Assembly: GCA_963832165.1 (NCBI GenBank)
Contig: CAWHTE010000001.1
Span: 704,001-768,000, forward strand
DNA from: an uncultured delta proteobacterium
GTDB taxonomy: Bacteria > Myxococcota_A > UBA9160 > SMWR01
Reading direction: 5' to 3'
DNA length: 64,000 bases
Positions 27,930 to 38,489 of the stretch are shown piece by piece; position 1 is the stretch's first letter; every line of letters starts with the position of its first letter. The position numbers were made by a program, and so were the translations under genes. The notes below the pieces were generated by a model, which had not been told where the DNA came from, made no database searches, and saw nothing but the letters and a program-made list of their open reading frames with translations.

Positions 27930-29999
27930 TCACTCCTCGAGGCCCGCGAGCAGCGGCGAAGGCGTCCCGACGCTCGTGAGCCAGAGCTGGTGCACCGCGC
28001 GCGTGGCGCCGACGTGCAGGCGGCGGCGCGCCTCCGGCACCTCCGGGTAGTGCTCGGCGCTCACGTCGGCGAGGACGACGTAGTCGAACTCGAGGCCCTT
28101 GGCCTGCTCGATCTCGGTGACTTCGACGCCGGGTGCGAAGGTGAAATCCTGGTGCGCCACGCGCCGCAAGCCCGGCAGGTCGCTCTTCTCGAGGCCCTCG
28201 TGATAGACGGCGCTCATGTCCGCCGACGGCGTGAGCACCGCCACCGAGGCGAGCGGCTCGGCGCGGGAGAGCTCGCGCAGCGCGTCGGCGAGGAACGCGA
28301 CGCACGCACCCCGATCGGTGAAGCGGAACAGCTCCACGGGCGGACCGGAGCGCGTCGCGTGCGGGGGCTCGTCGTCCTCGCGCAGAGGGCCGAGCAGGTC
28401 GTGCGCGAATGTGGCGATCTCCTGCGACGAGCGGTAGCTCACGCGCAGCGTTTCGAGCGCGTCGCCTTTCACGCCGAGCTCCTCGAGGAAGCGACTCCAC
28501 GACATGAAGTCGGAGTGGACCTGCACGTGCTGCTGCGTGTCGCCCGCGAGTGTCAGGCTGCGCTGCTCGTCGAGGCAGTCGATCAGCACCCGGACTTCGA
28601 GCGGGGAGAAGTCCTGCACCTCGTCGATCGCGACGTGGCGATACGAGAGCGGCTGCTTGCGGCCCTGCAGCGGCCCCACGCGCAGCTGCCACGCGCGCAG
28701 CAGCAGCGCGTCGTCCTCGGGATCGAGCTGCGCAAGGGTCTCCGGGTCGCCCTCGAGATAGGCGAACAGCTCCTCGTTGCGGCGGCGACAGTAGTCGGCG
28801 AACTGTTCGAACGCCGCCGGCCGATAGGCACCCGGCGTGTGCCGCTCCGCGCAGTCGCGCAAGAGCGCGGGGCGCGTCAGCACGCTCTGCCAGTCGTCGA
28901 ACGCCTGCCGTTGCGTGCGCGGACCCGGGTGCTCTGCGATGTGGCGCGCGAGCGCGTCGAGCAGCGCCGGATCGAGCTTCAACCGCTGCACGAAGGCGGG
29001 CGTGTCGGGTCGCGATGCGGAGGGCAGGTCGGGAAAATGGCGCCGCCGCTGCTCGTGGGCCCAGTCGCGGTAGGTGACGATCTGCACCGCCTCCACGCCG
29101 AGCGACGGAAGCACGGTGCCGACGTAGTCGCGCAGCGCGGGCGAGAACACCACGAACAGCGTGCGGTCGGAATCGATCTCGGGGTCGTCGTAGGCGAGAT
29201 AGGCGATGCGGTGCAGCGCGACGGTGGTCTTGCCGGAGCCCGCGTTGCCGCGAATCGCGAGATATCCGCCCGCGCGCGTGATCAGCTCGAACTGCGCGGG
29301 ATCGATCAGGCCCGTGATCTCGGGCAGGCGCTTGTCCGCGCGGCGGCGATTGCCCGAGAGATCGGTGCCGAGGCGCCGCGGTCCGGCCTCGTCCTCGTCG
29401 TAGGCGCGCAGCGCGCTGCGCGCGCCGCCCGCGAGACGCGGCCGCTCGCGCTGCACCTGGCGCCATCCCTCGACCTCGGCGAGGAACACGCCCTCGGGCG
29501 CTTCGATCCGATCGAGCACGCCGTCGCGGATCCGCACGCTGCGGCGCGCCGCCACCACGCCCGAGCGCGCCTGGCCGGCGAACTCCTCCTCGTACTCGTC
29601 GCCCTGCTGGTAGCGGTAGAAGACCTTCGACACCGGAGCGTGTCGCCAATCCACGATCCGCACTCCGTTCTCGATGCAGGTGGCGCGCCCGAGACACAGG
29701 TCGCGCTCCCGGCCGCCCTCGCGCAGCCGCAGGTGGGCGAAATAGGGCGAGAGCGGATCCACCTCGGGGCCCGAGCGCGAGCGCCGCAGCTGCTCGAGCA
29801 GCGCACTCTGCCGGTGCCATTGCTCGGTGAGCGCAAACGCGTCCTTGCGCTCGCGGCCGGAGACGATCTGTTCGCGCAGGACTTCGAGTTCGCGCTCGAG
29901 AGAGCGCTCGTCCGTGCGCGGCTTCTCGCTGCGCTGCTCGAGGTGTTGGCGCACGCGTGCGTGCAGCGCGACTTCCTCGTCGACGATGCGATCGGCCAA
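27930..29999 (-). CDS. SF1 (UvrD/HelD-like) helicase-like ATPase
   Basis: SPYFAHL, IVDWR, GNAGSGKT, IDEVQD, SYRS, AKGLEFD, TRA motifs. Confidence 0.85.
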   Translation of the reverse strand: MADRIVDEEVALHARVRQHLEQRSEKPRTDERSLERELEVLREQIVSGRERKDAFALTEQWHRQSALLEQLRRSRSGPEVDPLSPYFAHLRLREGGRERDLCLGRATCIENGVRIVDWRHAPVSKVFYRYQQGDEYEEEFAGQARSGVVAARRSVRIRDGVLDRIEAPEGVFLAEVEGWRQVQRERPRLAGGARSALRAYDEDEAGPRRLGTDLSGNRRRADKRLPEITGLIDPAQFELITRAGGYLAIRGNAGSGKTTVALHRIAYLAYDDPEIDSDRTLFVVFSPALRDYVGTVLPSLGVEAVQIVTYRDWAHEQRRRHFPDLPSASRPDTPAFVQRLKLDPALLDALARHIAEHPGPRTQRQAFDDWQSVLTRPALLRDCAERHTPGAYRPAAFEQFADYCRRRNEELFAYLEGDPETLAQLDPEDDALLLRAWQLRVGPLQGRKQPLSYRHVAIDEVQDFSPLEVRVLIDCLDEQRSLTLAGDTQQHVQVHSDFMSWSRFLEELGVKGDALETLRVSYRSSQEIATFAHDLLGPLREDDEPPHATRSGPPVELFRFTDRGACVAFLADALRELSRAEPLASVAVLTPSADMSAVYHEGLEKSDLPGLRRVAHQDFTFAPGVEVTEIEQAKGLEFDYVVLADVSAEHYPEVPEARRRLHVGATRAVHQLWLTSVGTPSPLLAGLEE

Positions 30000-30069
30000 G
30001 CAGTCCCCGGCGGATGGTGAAAGGCCCGAAAGGGTAGGCGCTCGCCGAGAACGGCGCTGCCGCCGGTCG

Positions 30070-30726
30070 CTAGCGCGCGCGGCTCGTGGCGCCGACGTCG
30101 CGCTCGAGATCGTGCGGGAAGCGCGTGCCCTGCGGGAGCCGGGCGTCGGGCTCGGGTGTCTGCGCCGAGACGCGCAGCGGGATCACGCCGGCCCAGTGGG
30201 GGAGGCCATAGTCTTCGTCGGCGTCGATCGGCGGGCCCGTGCGCAGCTTCGCGGACGCCTCGTCGAGCGGCAGCCGCAGCACGTTCGTGGCGCGCAGCTC
30301 GGCGTCGTTGGGCGGTCGACACGCAGCGCTGCGTCCGCGCACGACCTTTTCGACGATGGCCGTGAGCGCCGCACCCTTTTCGGCGGGTTCGTCGACTGCG
30401 ACCGCGCGCCCCAACACGACCGCAGAGCGGTAGTTCACGGAGTGGTGGAACGCGGATCGCGCGAGCACGAGCCCATCGAGCAGCGTGACCGTCACACAGC
30501 AGCTCGCGCCGCGGCGCAGCACGTCGAGCATGCGGTTGGCCACCGCTCCGTGGACGTACAGCCGGTCGTCGATCCGCGCGTGGATCGTCGGGATGACGTA
30601 GGGCTGTCCGTCCACCGCGAAACCGAGGTGGCACACGAGCGCCTCGTCGAGGATCGCGTAGAGCGTGTGCGGGTCGTGGGTGCCGCGGCCGGGTTGGCGG
30701 CGGAGCGTGGTCCGTGCGGTCTGCAT
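30070..30726 (-). CDS. Pyridoxamine 5'-phosphate oxidase-like (NimA-type) flavin-binding protein
   Basis: ILDEALVCHLG, PYVIPT, LDGLVLARSAFHHSVNYRS. Confidence 0.88.
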   Translation of the reverse strand: MQTARTTLRRQPGRGTHDPHTLYAILDEALVCHLGFAVDGQPYVIPTIHARIDDRLYVHGAVANRMLDVLRRGASCCVTVTLLDGLVLARSAFHHSVNYRSAVVLGRAVAVDEPAEKGAALTAIVEKVVRGRSAACRPPNDAELRATNVLRLPLDEASAKLRTGPPIDADEDYGLPHWAGVIPLRVSAQTPEPDARLPQGTRFPHDLERDVGATSRAR

Positions 30727-30981
30727 GCGCGGAGCGTGGCGGCGAATCGGACTCCCAGAAAGGTCCAATTCACCCCAGGCGAGCTGGACCAGGACGGCAC
30801 GAGCTAGCGGATTCCCTTTTGAGATCCACAGGTTCGTTCGAAGATCAAACCTTCGTTTTTTACGGCAAATAGTTGACTCGGGCTGAACGCCTGCTGTTCG
30901 CGCGAACCGCTTCGAGGCCCGAAACGAGAAGGAGACGATCGTTAGAGGCTCGACGGATCTATCCGCGGCCTCGCCACACTC

Positions 30982-30997
30982 GGGCACGAGAATTGCT
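30982..30997 (+). promoter_or_regulatory. Sigma54 (-24/-12) promoter of PEP-CTERM gene
   Basis: GGGCAC-GAGAA-TTGCT matches TGGCAC-N5-TTGCW. Confidence 0.7.
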
Positions 30998-31083
30998 CTA
31001 ACGACGTTCAAGGGAAGGGGCGGCCGCCGTGCGGCTGGCGCCAGACTTCCCTTTCCGCGCCCCAACCCGTCAGGAAGGAAGTC

Positions 31084-31786
31084 ATGCGAATCCCCGCACC
31101 CGTTGCGCTGGTAATGCTCTTCGCGGCGTTCGTTCAGCCCGCGGCCGCCCTCATGATCGACAACTTCGAAGAGGGCAACATCACCCTCACCGATCTCCAG
31201 CTCGGGGAGCTTCTCGGATCAGGAGGCCTCCGGTCTCAGCAGCGCCAACGTGATCGGCGGCACGCGTTTGAGCCGTGCGACGGTGAGCACCACGGGTCTG
31301 GTCGCCTCGGCCTCAGCATTCCTCTCCCCGACGGCCGCCGATGACAGCGTCGCGTTCACGGTGCTGGGCGTACCCGACGGCCAGGGTCTGTTTCAGTTCT
31401 ACTACGACGGCATCCCGAATCTCACGCCCGATAACACGGGCGGCGCGCTCAATCTCGATCTGTCCGCGCTCACCCACCTCGAAGTCACCGCACTCGCCGT
31501 GAATGTCACCGCCAGCGCGCAGTTCACCCTCTGGACGTCAGCTGGGGCGGGGAACACGCTGCTGCTCCCGCTCGCGAACGGGGTAACCCTGTTCCCGCTC
31601 AATACGGCCGGACTGGCCGGACTGAATCTGGCCGACATCCAGCAGATCCGCTTCACGCTCTCGGCCGTCGATCTGCTCGAGGCACCCGCGATCAGCAACA
31701 TCGCCGCGGTGCCGGAGCCCGCGTCCGGCCTGCTCGTCGCCGCGGGGCTGGTGGGTCTCGCGCTGCGCCGCAGGACCTCGCGCTAG
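31084..31786 (+). CDS. PEP-CTERM secreted protein, split by one +1 frameshift at ~31195-31250
   Basis: AGGAAGGA RBS and signal peptide in the first frame; VPEPASGLLVAAGLVGLALRRR C-terminus in the second frame. Confidence 0.8.
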
Positions 31787-31789
31787 CGG

Positions 31790-33188
31790 TCAGAAGCTCC
31801 ACTTCAGCTTGAAGATCACGCGATCGTTGTCGGCCCACGTGTCGAGCGGCGGCAGGTCGCCCTGCTGGTACAGCAGCAGGCCGATCCCCACCGTGAGCGC
31901 GTCGAGCACGTCGTAGTCGAGGTCGAAGCGCGCGACCGAGCCGTCGCGCCCATCCCAGCCGAGCACGATCCCGACCAGCGTCGCGTGCAGCGTGTCGTTC
32001 CAGAAGTTGCGCGAGAGCCGCAGCGCGATCTCCTGGGAGTCCTCGCGCGTGAAGTAGGGCGCGCGCCGCAGTCGGGTCTCGTGCGCGAACAGGTGACGCT
32101 CGACCACCTCGACCACGAAGGTCGTGTCAGCGACGCCGTAGTACTCGACTCCGACCAGCGCATCGAAGCGGCTCTTCTCGCCCACGAACGCGAAGCCGAG
32201 GCCGTCCAGGTAGGCGAGCTCGGCTTTGAAGAGCCAGCTCCCGACGGTGTAGTTCCCGCCGCTGCCGACCATCCAGAGCCGGTCGTGCACGAGCCGCGGC
32301 ACGACCCCGTCGCCCTGCCGAGGCAGGTCGTTCCAGAACCACGCGCCGTGGAACGAGACGTCCCATCCGCTGAAGATCCCGTTGATCGCGCCCGCGATCT
32401 CGGTGTCCTCGAAGTGATCCGGCCGGCGCTCGGACGGCTCGAACGTGCCCGGAAAGAAATCGCTGCCGACCACGGGGTTCGAGTCGAAGCGGATCTCCGG
32501 GATCGCGATCAGCGCTGCCGACCAGTCGCCCGCATAGCCCTTGAGATTCAGCATCGAGACGGGGCGCCGGATGTCCTCGAGGTCGACGCGGCCGGGCTCG
32601 CGGTTGTCGAGCGGGTTCAGCACGTCGAGCACGCGCAGCGTTTCGGAGCGGCCCCAGATCACTACCTGGCGCCCGAGCGCGACATCGACGTGCTCGCCGA
32701 GGCCGCCCGCGAGCCACGCCTCGCCGAGCTCGGCATCCCACTCGTATTCGTCGCGCACCTCGCGGCTGTAGTCGCTGCGGCCGTTGATCGCGTAGGCGGC
32801 GTCGTAGAACCCCCAGCCCTCGATCCGCATCTGCCACTTGTGCCGGCAGGTTCGCGTCGAGCTGGAGATTGGCGCGGTTGCGCAGCCGCTGGAGTCCCTC
32901 GTAGTCGGTGCCGGTGTCGGATCGGTGCGAGTGATAGTTGACCGATCCGCTCACCTCCACGCTGCCCGAGAGGTCGAAGATGCGCTCGTCGCTCTGCGCG
33001 CCGGTCTCCTCCGCGGGCCCGGTCTCCTCCTGTTCGAAGCCGCCGAGCACGGCGTCGAGATCTTCCTCCGTCTGCGCGGGCGCTGCGGCCGCGAACCACA
33101 GCCACGCCAGACCGAGCGCAAGTTTCGCGCAGCGAGCCGCAGGCGAGCGAAGACCTTCAGGAAGGCGAGCGAAGGCGGGCCCCTGCAG
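31790..33188 (-). CDS. DUF1302-like outer-membrane beta-barrel protein; +1 frameshift at ~32844; start unclear, overlapped by repeat copy B
   Basis: Signal-like LALGLAWLWFAAAAPA, EDLDAVLGGF, LGRQVVIWG, DVLNP, C-terminal KLKWSF. Confidence 0.72.
33118..33187 (+). repeat. GNA-hairpin repeat copy B (composite)
   Basis: GCAAGTTTCGCGCAGCGAGCCGCAGGCGAGCGAAGACCTTCAGG then AAGGCGAGCGAAGGCGGGCCCCTGCA (tail identical to copy A). Confidence 0.85.
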
Positions 33189-33190
33189 GG

Positions 33191-34000
33191 CTAGGGACCC
33201 TTCTCGAGCTGCCGCACCGTGAAGAATTCCTCGCTCTGCTTCTGGCCGAAGCGGGTGTTCTTCGCCGAGAGCTGCGTGCGGTGCAGCGTCTCCTCGCCCT
33301 TGCGCGTGGACATGTGCATCTCGGTAGCCACCCAGATGCCGTCGATCTGCTCGAGCTTCTTCACTTCGAAGTACTTGAGCCGCGATCCCTTCTTCACCCA
33401 GCTCACGCTGCGGATCGTCACGAAGTTGTCCTTGCGCACGAACAGGACCGACTTCGTGTACCCCGTCTCTTCCTGCTCCTGCTCGGTGATCGGCACCGCT
33501 TCGATCTGCCACACCGGGTGGCCCTCGATCTCGAGCTCCTTCATGAGCGTGTAGCGGTAGTGATCGAGCGGGCGCTCGGTCATGTCCGCGTAGCTGAAAT
33601 CCGACCCCATGAAGCTGCCGCTCTTGTCCGCCGACGCGATGCGCTTGGTGCGCGACAGCGCGGGCAGGTAGAGCCACTGATCGTCGTCGCGCGCAGGGTC
33701 CTTGTAGTCGTACGTGAGGAAGCCCGTGTCCTCGACGTCGGCGGGCGTCAGGAAGAACAGGATCGACTGCTCGTCCGGCCCGACGTCGCGCCCGTACGAG
33801 CGCAGCTTGCGCACGCGTTGGACGCCGCGCTTGTCGAAGAGGACCATCTCGAGGTCCTGCGCCGAATGGTCGCCGTCGTCGCGCGCGTCGACGCGATCCA
33901 TGATCGCGCGCGCGGTCAGCGGCTCTTCGGCCGCGGCGCCGCTCGCAGCGAGCAGCGCGACCGCTCCGATCGCACAACACCACCGGATCGAGCAGCTCAT
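33191..34000 (-). CDS. Outer-membrane lipoprotein-sorting (LolA-like) protein
   Basis: Signal peptide; DDQWLYLPAL, KRIA, FMGSDFSYAD. Confidence 0.88.
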   Translation of the reverse strand: MSCSIRWCCAIGAVALLAASGAAAEEPLTARAIMDRVDARDDGDHSAQDLEMVLFDKRGVQRVRKLRSYGRDVGPDEQSILFFLTPADVEDTGFLTYDYKDPARDDDQWLYLPALSRTKRIASADKSGSFMGSDFSYADMTERPLDHYRYTLMKELEIEGHPVWQIEAVPITEQEQEETGYTKSVLFVRKDNFVTIRSVSWVKKGSRLKYFEVKKLEQIDGIWVATEMHMSTRKGEETLHRTQLSAKNTRFGQKQSEEFFTVRQLEKGP

Positions 34001-34001
34001 C

Positions 34002-35009
34002 TCAGATCGCTTGCAGCTCTCGCAGTCGCACGATCTCGTTCGGATCTCCGGGCGGCGCTCCGCCGAGCAGGCGATCGAAGATTCCGCCGTAGCGCTGCTG
34101 GATCTTCGCGGCGATCTCGTTCGGCTCGCCCACGATCGCCATCTGGTCGAGCAGATCGTCGTCGATCCTGCGGCCCATCTCTTCCCACTGGCCCACCTTG
34201 GACAGGCGGTTCAGCTCGGTCTGGAGCTCGCCATGGCCGATCGACTCGAGCACGGGTCGATACGCGGGCGTCGAGCCGTAGAACGCGATCTGCCGGGTCA
34301 CCGCGGTGCGGCTCGCCGCGCGGCTCGCGGCGTCGCGGCCCGTGACGACGAATACGGGGCAGGTGATCTGGAAGTCGGCGCGCTGCTTGCCCGCGCGCGC
34401 GAGCCCGCGCTCGAGCGCGGGCAGCGTCACCTCGCGCACGTAGCGCTCGGTGGTGAACGCGTGCGCGATCATGCCGTCCGCCACCTCGCCGGCGACCTCC
34501 GTCATCTGCGGGCCGACCGCGGCCAGGAACACGCGCGGAGGTCCGTAGCTCGTGTTCGTCGGCGTGAACATCGGCGTCATCAGCGTGTGGGTATAGAACT
34601 CGCCGCGGAAGTCGAGCGGCTTGCCCGCATACCAGCAGTTCCACACCGCGCGCATCGCGAGGATGAACTCGCGCATCCGCGCCGCGGGCTGGCTCCAGGG
34701 CATGCTGAAGCGCTTCTGGATGTGCGGGCGGATCTGCGAGCCCAGCCCGAGGATGAAGCGCCCCTTCGAGTACGCGTTCAGGTCGTGCCCCATGTTCGCG
34801 AGCAGCATCGGGTTGCGCGCGAACGCGACGGCGATCGAAGTCATGAGGTCGATCCGCTCGGTGTGCTCGGCCGCGAGAACGAGCGGCAGGAACGGATCGC
34901 TCGCGATCTCGGCCGTGACGGCCCCGTCGTATCCGGCGGCCTCGAGCGCCCGGGCGCGCGCGGGCACTTCCGCGAGGTGGGTCGTGATCAGTCCGCCGTC
35001 GACCTTCAT
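34002..35009 (-). CDS. LLM-class (probably F420-dependent) oxidoreductase
   Basis: AEIASDPF, IAVAFARNP, GRFILGLGSQ, FYGSTPAY. Confidence 0.88.
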   Translation of the reverse strand: MKVDGGLITTHLAEVPARARALEAAGYDGAVTAEIASDPFLPLVLAAEHTERIDLMTSIAVAFARNPMLLANMGHDLNAYSKGRFILGLGSQIRPHIQKRFSMPWSQPAARMREFILAMRAVWNCWYAGKPLDFRGEFYTHTLMTPMFTPTNTSYGPPRVFLAAVGPQMTEVAGEVADGMIAHAFTTERYVREVTLPALERGLARAGKQRADFQITCPVFVVTGRDAASRAASRTAVTRQIAFYGSTPAYRPVLESIGHGELQTELNRLSKVGQWEEMGRRIDDDLLDQMAIVGEPNEIAAKIQQRYGGIFDRLLGGAPPGDPNEIVRLRELQAI

Positions 35010-35050
35010 TGGGGCTCCCTTCCGGTTGGCCGCGTAGTATACGGGCGATC

Positions 35051-36655
35051 ATGTTCGACTACGCGGCCCACGGCCTGAACGCTCCGAGCGCGCGGCCGGA
35101 GATCCCGGGGCGACCGCAGACGGTTGCCGAGGTGCTCGACCCGGTGCTCGCGAGCGACCCCGAGCGACTCGCGCTCGTCGGCCGCCACGGCCGTTACAGC
35201 TATGGCGCGCTCGACCGCGAGGCGAACCGCGCCGCACACGCGCTGCGCGAGCTCGGGATCGCGCCGGGAGACCGCGTCGCCGCGTGTCTGCCCAACGACG
35301 TCGCGATCACCGTCGCGTTCCTGGCCTGCATGCGCCTGGGCGCGCTGTGGGTGGGCATCAACCGCGTGCTCGCGCCGCGCGAGAAGGCGCACATCCTGTC
35401 GGACTCGGGCGCGGCGCTCCTGCTCGCATCTCCCGATGTGCACGGCGAGATTCGCGGCCAGGAGGGCGACCTCGCGGCGCTGCGCGCGCGCGTAACGGTC
35501 GATCCGGGCGCAGCCCGGGACGAATGGGATGCGCTGCTCGCGCGGCAGTCCGACGCGCGGCCCGACGCGAAGCTCGACGCGTGGGGTCCGGCTGCGATCG
35601 CGTACACGAGCGGCACCACGGGCAAGCCGAAGGGCGCCGTGCACAGCCAGCACAACATCCTGCTGCCCGGCGCGGTGACCGCCGCCACGGGTCTCTATCC
35701 GGCAGGCGCCGCGCAGGGGGCCGTGCTCCCGCTCACGATCCTGAATCTCGTGGTGCTCGGGCCCGTGCAGGCCTGGCAGTACGGAGTGTGCTCGGTGGCG
35801 ATGGACCGCGTCGACGCGGTCGGCGTGGCCGAGTGGGTGGAGCGCGAGCGGATCTGCACGTTCGCGGCCGTGCCGACCGTGATCCACGACCTGCTCACCC
35901 ACCCCGACGTGCGGCCCGACCAGCTCGCCTCGCTCGTGCAGCCGTTGATCGGCGGCGCGGAGTGCCCCGAGGAGTTCCGCGAGCTCTATCGCAAGCGCTT
36001 CGGCGCCCACGTGGCGATCGGCTACGGCATGACCGAGGCGCCCACCGCGGTGACGCGCGCCGAAGGGGAGCCGCAGCCGCGGCCGGGCTTGTGTGGCAAG
36101 GCGCTGCCGCAGTGCGAGATCTCGATTCGCGGCGAGGGGGGTCGAGAGCTGCCCGCGGCTGAGGAGGGCGAGATCTGTGTAGGGCCCGCGCGCTCGGGCG
36201 CGTGGGCGGGCCAGTACACGCCGATGCTCGGCTACTGGAACCGTCAGAGCGCCACTGCCGAGGCGCTCGAGGGCGGCGTGTATCACACGGGCGACGTCGG
36301 CGTGCTCGAGCCCGATGGCACGCTGTTCATCCGCGGGCGCCGCAACGAGCTGATCCTGCGCGGCGGCGCGAACGTGTATCCGGCCGAGGTGGAGCGGGTG
36401 TTGCTCGAGCATCCCGCGGTGGCGGAGGCGGCCGTGCTCGGCGTGCCGGACCGGCGGCTCGGCGAGCGCGTGGTCGCAGCGGTGCGGCTCGCAGACGGTG
36501 CGCGCGCGAGCGACGCCGCGCTGCGCGATCACTGTCGCGCTTCGCTCGCGCGCTACAAGGTGCCGGACGCGATCGCACTCGTGGATGCGCTGCCGCGCAA
36601 CGCGATGGCGAAAGTGATCAAACGCGAGTTGCTCCCGCTGTTCGAATCCGAGTAG
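35051..36655 (+). CDS. Acyl-CoA synthetase (AMP-binding)
   Basis: YTSGTTGKPKG, GYGMTE, TGD, YKVP. Confidence 0.92.
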   Translation: MFDYAAHGLNAPSARPEIPGRPQTVAEVLDPVLASDPERLALVGRHGRYSYGALDREANRAAHALRELGIAPGDRVAACLPNDVAITVAFLACMRLGALWVGINRVLAPREKAHILSDSGAALLLASPDVHGEIRGQEGDLAALRARVTVDPGAARDEWDALLARQSDARPDAKLDAWGPAAIAYTSGTTGKPKGAVHSQHNILLPGAVTAATGLYPAGAAQGAVLPLTILNLVVLGPVQAWQYGVCSVAMDRVDAVGVAEWVERERICTFAAVPTVIHDLLTHPDVRPDQLASLVQPLIGGAECPEEFRELYRKRFGAHVAIGYGMTEAPTAVTRAEGEPQPRPGLCGKALPQCEISIRGEGGRELPAAEEGEICVGPARSGAWAGQYTPMLGYWNRQSATAEALEGGVYHTGDVGVLEPDGTLFIRGRRNELILRGGANVYPAEVERVLLEHPAVAEAAVLGVPDRRLGERVVAAVRLADGARASDAALRDHCRASLARYKVPDAIALVDALPRNAMAKVIKRELLPLFESE

Positions 36656-36713
36656 TCGAGCGTACGTGCACTCGGATACATTGCGCGCGGTGCACCGGAA
36701 GGAGCCGCTCGCG

Positions 36714-37406
36714 ATGTCCGAAGAGGCTGCTGCGTTCACACCTGCGCTGTTCCGATTCCTGCGCGATCTGCGCAAGAACAACGACCGCGACTGGTTCCTC
36801 GCCCACAAGGACGTGTACGAGCGCGACGTGAAGGAGCCCGCGCTCGCGTTCATCTCGTCGTTTGCCTCGACGCTGCGCAAGATCAGCCCCCATCTCGCGG
36901 CCGACCCGCGACCGGTCGGCGGGTCGCTGTTCCGGATCCACCGCGATGTGCGATTCGGAGCCGATAAGCGCCCGTACAAGACGCACGTGGGCATCCATTT
37001 CCGCCACGCGGGAGTCGATGGAGCGCACGCCCCGGGGTTCTATCTGCACCTCGAGCCCGGAGACGTGTTCGCGGGCGCGGGGATCTGGCAGCCCGACGGC
37101 GCGGTGCTCTCCGAGGTGCGCGAAGCGATCGCGGAGTCGCCCGCGGCGTGGCGGCGCGCGGTCGGAGCGCGCGAGTTCAGCATGCGCTGGGCGCTCTCGG
37201 GAGAATCGCTCGTGCGCGTGCCGCGCGGCTACGATCCCGAGCACCCGCTCGCTGCGGATCTCAAGCGCAAGAGCTACATCGCGCTCGCGGGCTTCTCCGA
37301 GCGCGACGCGTGCGCGGCCGATTTCGCGGAGCGACTCGCCCAGGCTTGGCGTGCGAGCGTGCCGCTCATGCGCTTCCTGACCCGCGCGCTCGATCTGCCT
37401 TTCTAG
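36714..37406 (+). CDS. DUF2461 family protein
   Basis: NNDRDWF, FRIHRDVRFGADKRPYKT, VPRGY. Confidence 0.88.
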   Translation: MSEEAAAFTPALFRFLRDLRKNNDRDWFLAHKDVYERDVKEPALAFISSFASTLRKISPHLAADPRPVGGSLFRIHRDVRFGADKRPYKTHVGIHFRHAGVDGAHAPGFYLHLEPGDVFAGAGIWQPDGAVLSEVREAIAESPAAWRRAVGAREFSMRWALSGESLVRVPRGYDPEHPLAADLKRKSYIALAGFSERDACAADFAERLAQAWRASVPLMRFLTRALDLPF

Positions 37407-37468
37407 GCCCGCGGGGCGACGCGAGGAGCGCGGTACTACACTGCGCGCGCACCACCCGGAGCACATCG

Positions 37469-38479
37469 ATGGCATCCGCGATCCGCAACTGGGGAGAGAT
37501 CATCCGCACCCAGAACCTATCGCCCGACAAGGCGATGGACCCGATCTCGCGCTGGCTCTTGATCACGCGCGCGAGCGTCTTCCCGATGACGATCATCTCG
37601 GGCCTGATCGGCGGACTGCTCGCGGCCCGAGTGCCCGGCGCGGACCTCGGGCTGTTCTCGCTCGCGCTCGTGGGCCTCGTGTTGGCGCACGCCGCCAACA
37701 ACATGATCAACGACTACTTCGACCTCGAGGGCGGCGTCGACAGCGCGGACTACGTACGCGCGCAGTACGCACCGCACCCGGTGCTCAATGGCCTGATCTC
37801 CAAGAAGGGTCTCCTGCTCGCGATCGCGCTCACGAACCTCGCCGACCTCGCGATCCTGCTCGTGCTCGCCGACGCGCGCGGTCCCGCACTCGTCGCGTTC
37901 GCGCTGGCGGGGCTGTTCATCTCCGTGTTCTACGTGGCGCCGCCGCTCAAGCTCAAGCACCACGGACTCGGCGAGCCGGGCGTGTTCCTGGTGTGGGGGC
38001 CGCTCATGATCGGCGGCACCTACTACGTCACCGCGGGCACCGTGGAGCCGTGGGTGATGCTCGCGAGCATCCCGTACGCGCTGCTCGTGACGTGCGTACT
38101 GATGGGCAAGCACGTCGACAAGATCGAGGCGGATACCGCGAAGGGGATCCGCACGCTGCCGGTGATCCTGGGCCGCGATCGCGCGCTCGCGTTGACGCGC
38201 GGCATGATGATCGCGTTCTTCGTGCTCGTGGGCGCGCTGGTCGCGGTGGGCTGGCTCGGCGTGTGGACCCTGCTCTCGTTCCTCGCGATTCCGCGCCTGC
38301 GCAAGATCCTCGGGGTGTTCCGCCAGCCGAAGCCCGCGGCGCCGCCGCCGCGCTATCCGCTGTGGCCGCTCTGGTACGTGTCGTTCGCGTTCCTCGTGAC
38401 GCGCAGCGCGGGGGGTCTTTTCGTGATCGGCCTCGTGCTCGACGCGATCTTCCCGCTGCACCTGCCCGCGCTGCTCTGA
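37469..38479 (+). CDS. UbiA/MenA-like prenyltransferase
   Basis: NMINDYFD, YVAPPLKLKHHGLGE, DKIEADTAKGIRTL; multiple TM helices. Confidence 0.85.
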   Translation: MASAIRNWGEIIRTQNLSPDKAMDPISRWLLITRASVFPMTIISGLIGGLLAARVPGADLGLFSLALVGLVLAHAANNMINDYFDLEGGVDSADYVRAQYAPHPVLNGLISKKGLLLAIALTNLADLAILLVLADARGPALVAFALAGLFISVFYVAPPLKLKHHGLGEPGVFLVWGPLMIGGTYYVTAGTVEPWVMLASIPYALLVTCVLMGKHVDKIEADTAKGIRTLPVILGRDRALALTRGMMIAFFVLVGALVAVGWLGVWTLLSFLAIPRLRKILGVFRQPKPAAPPPRYPLWPLWYVSFAFLVTRSAGGLFVIGLVLDAIFPLHLPALL

Positions 38480-38489
38480 TCGCGGTCGC

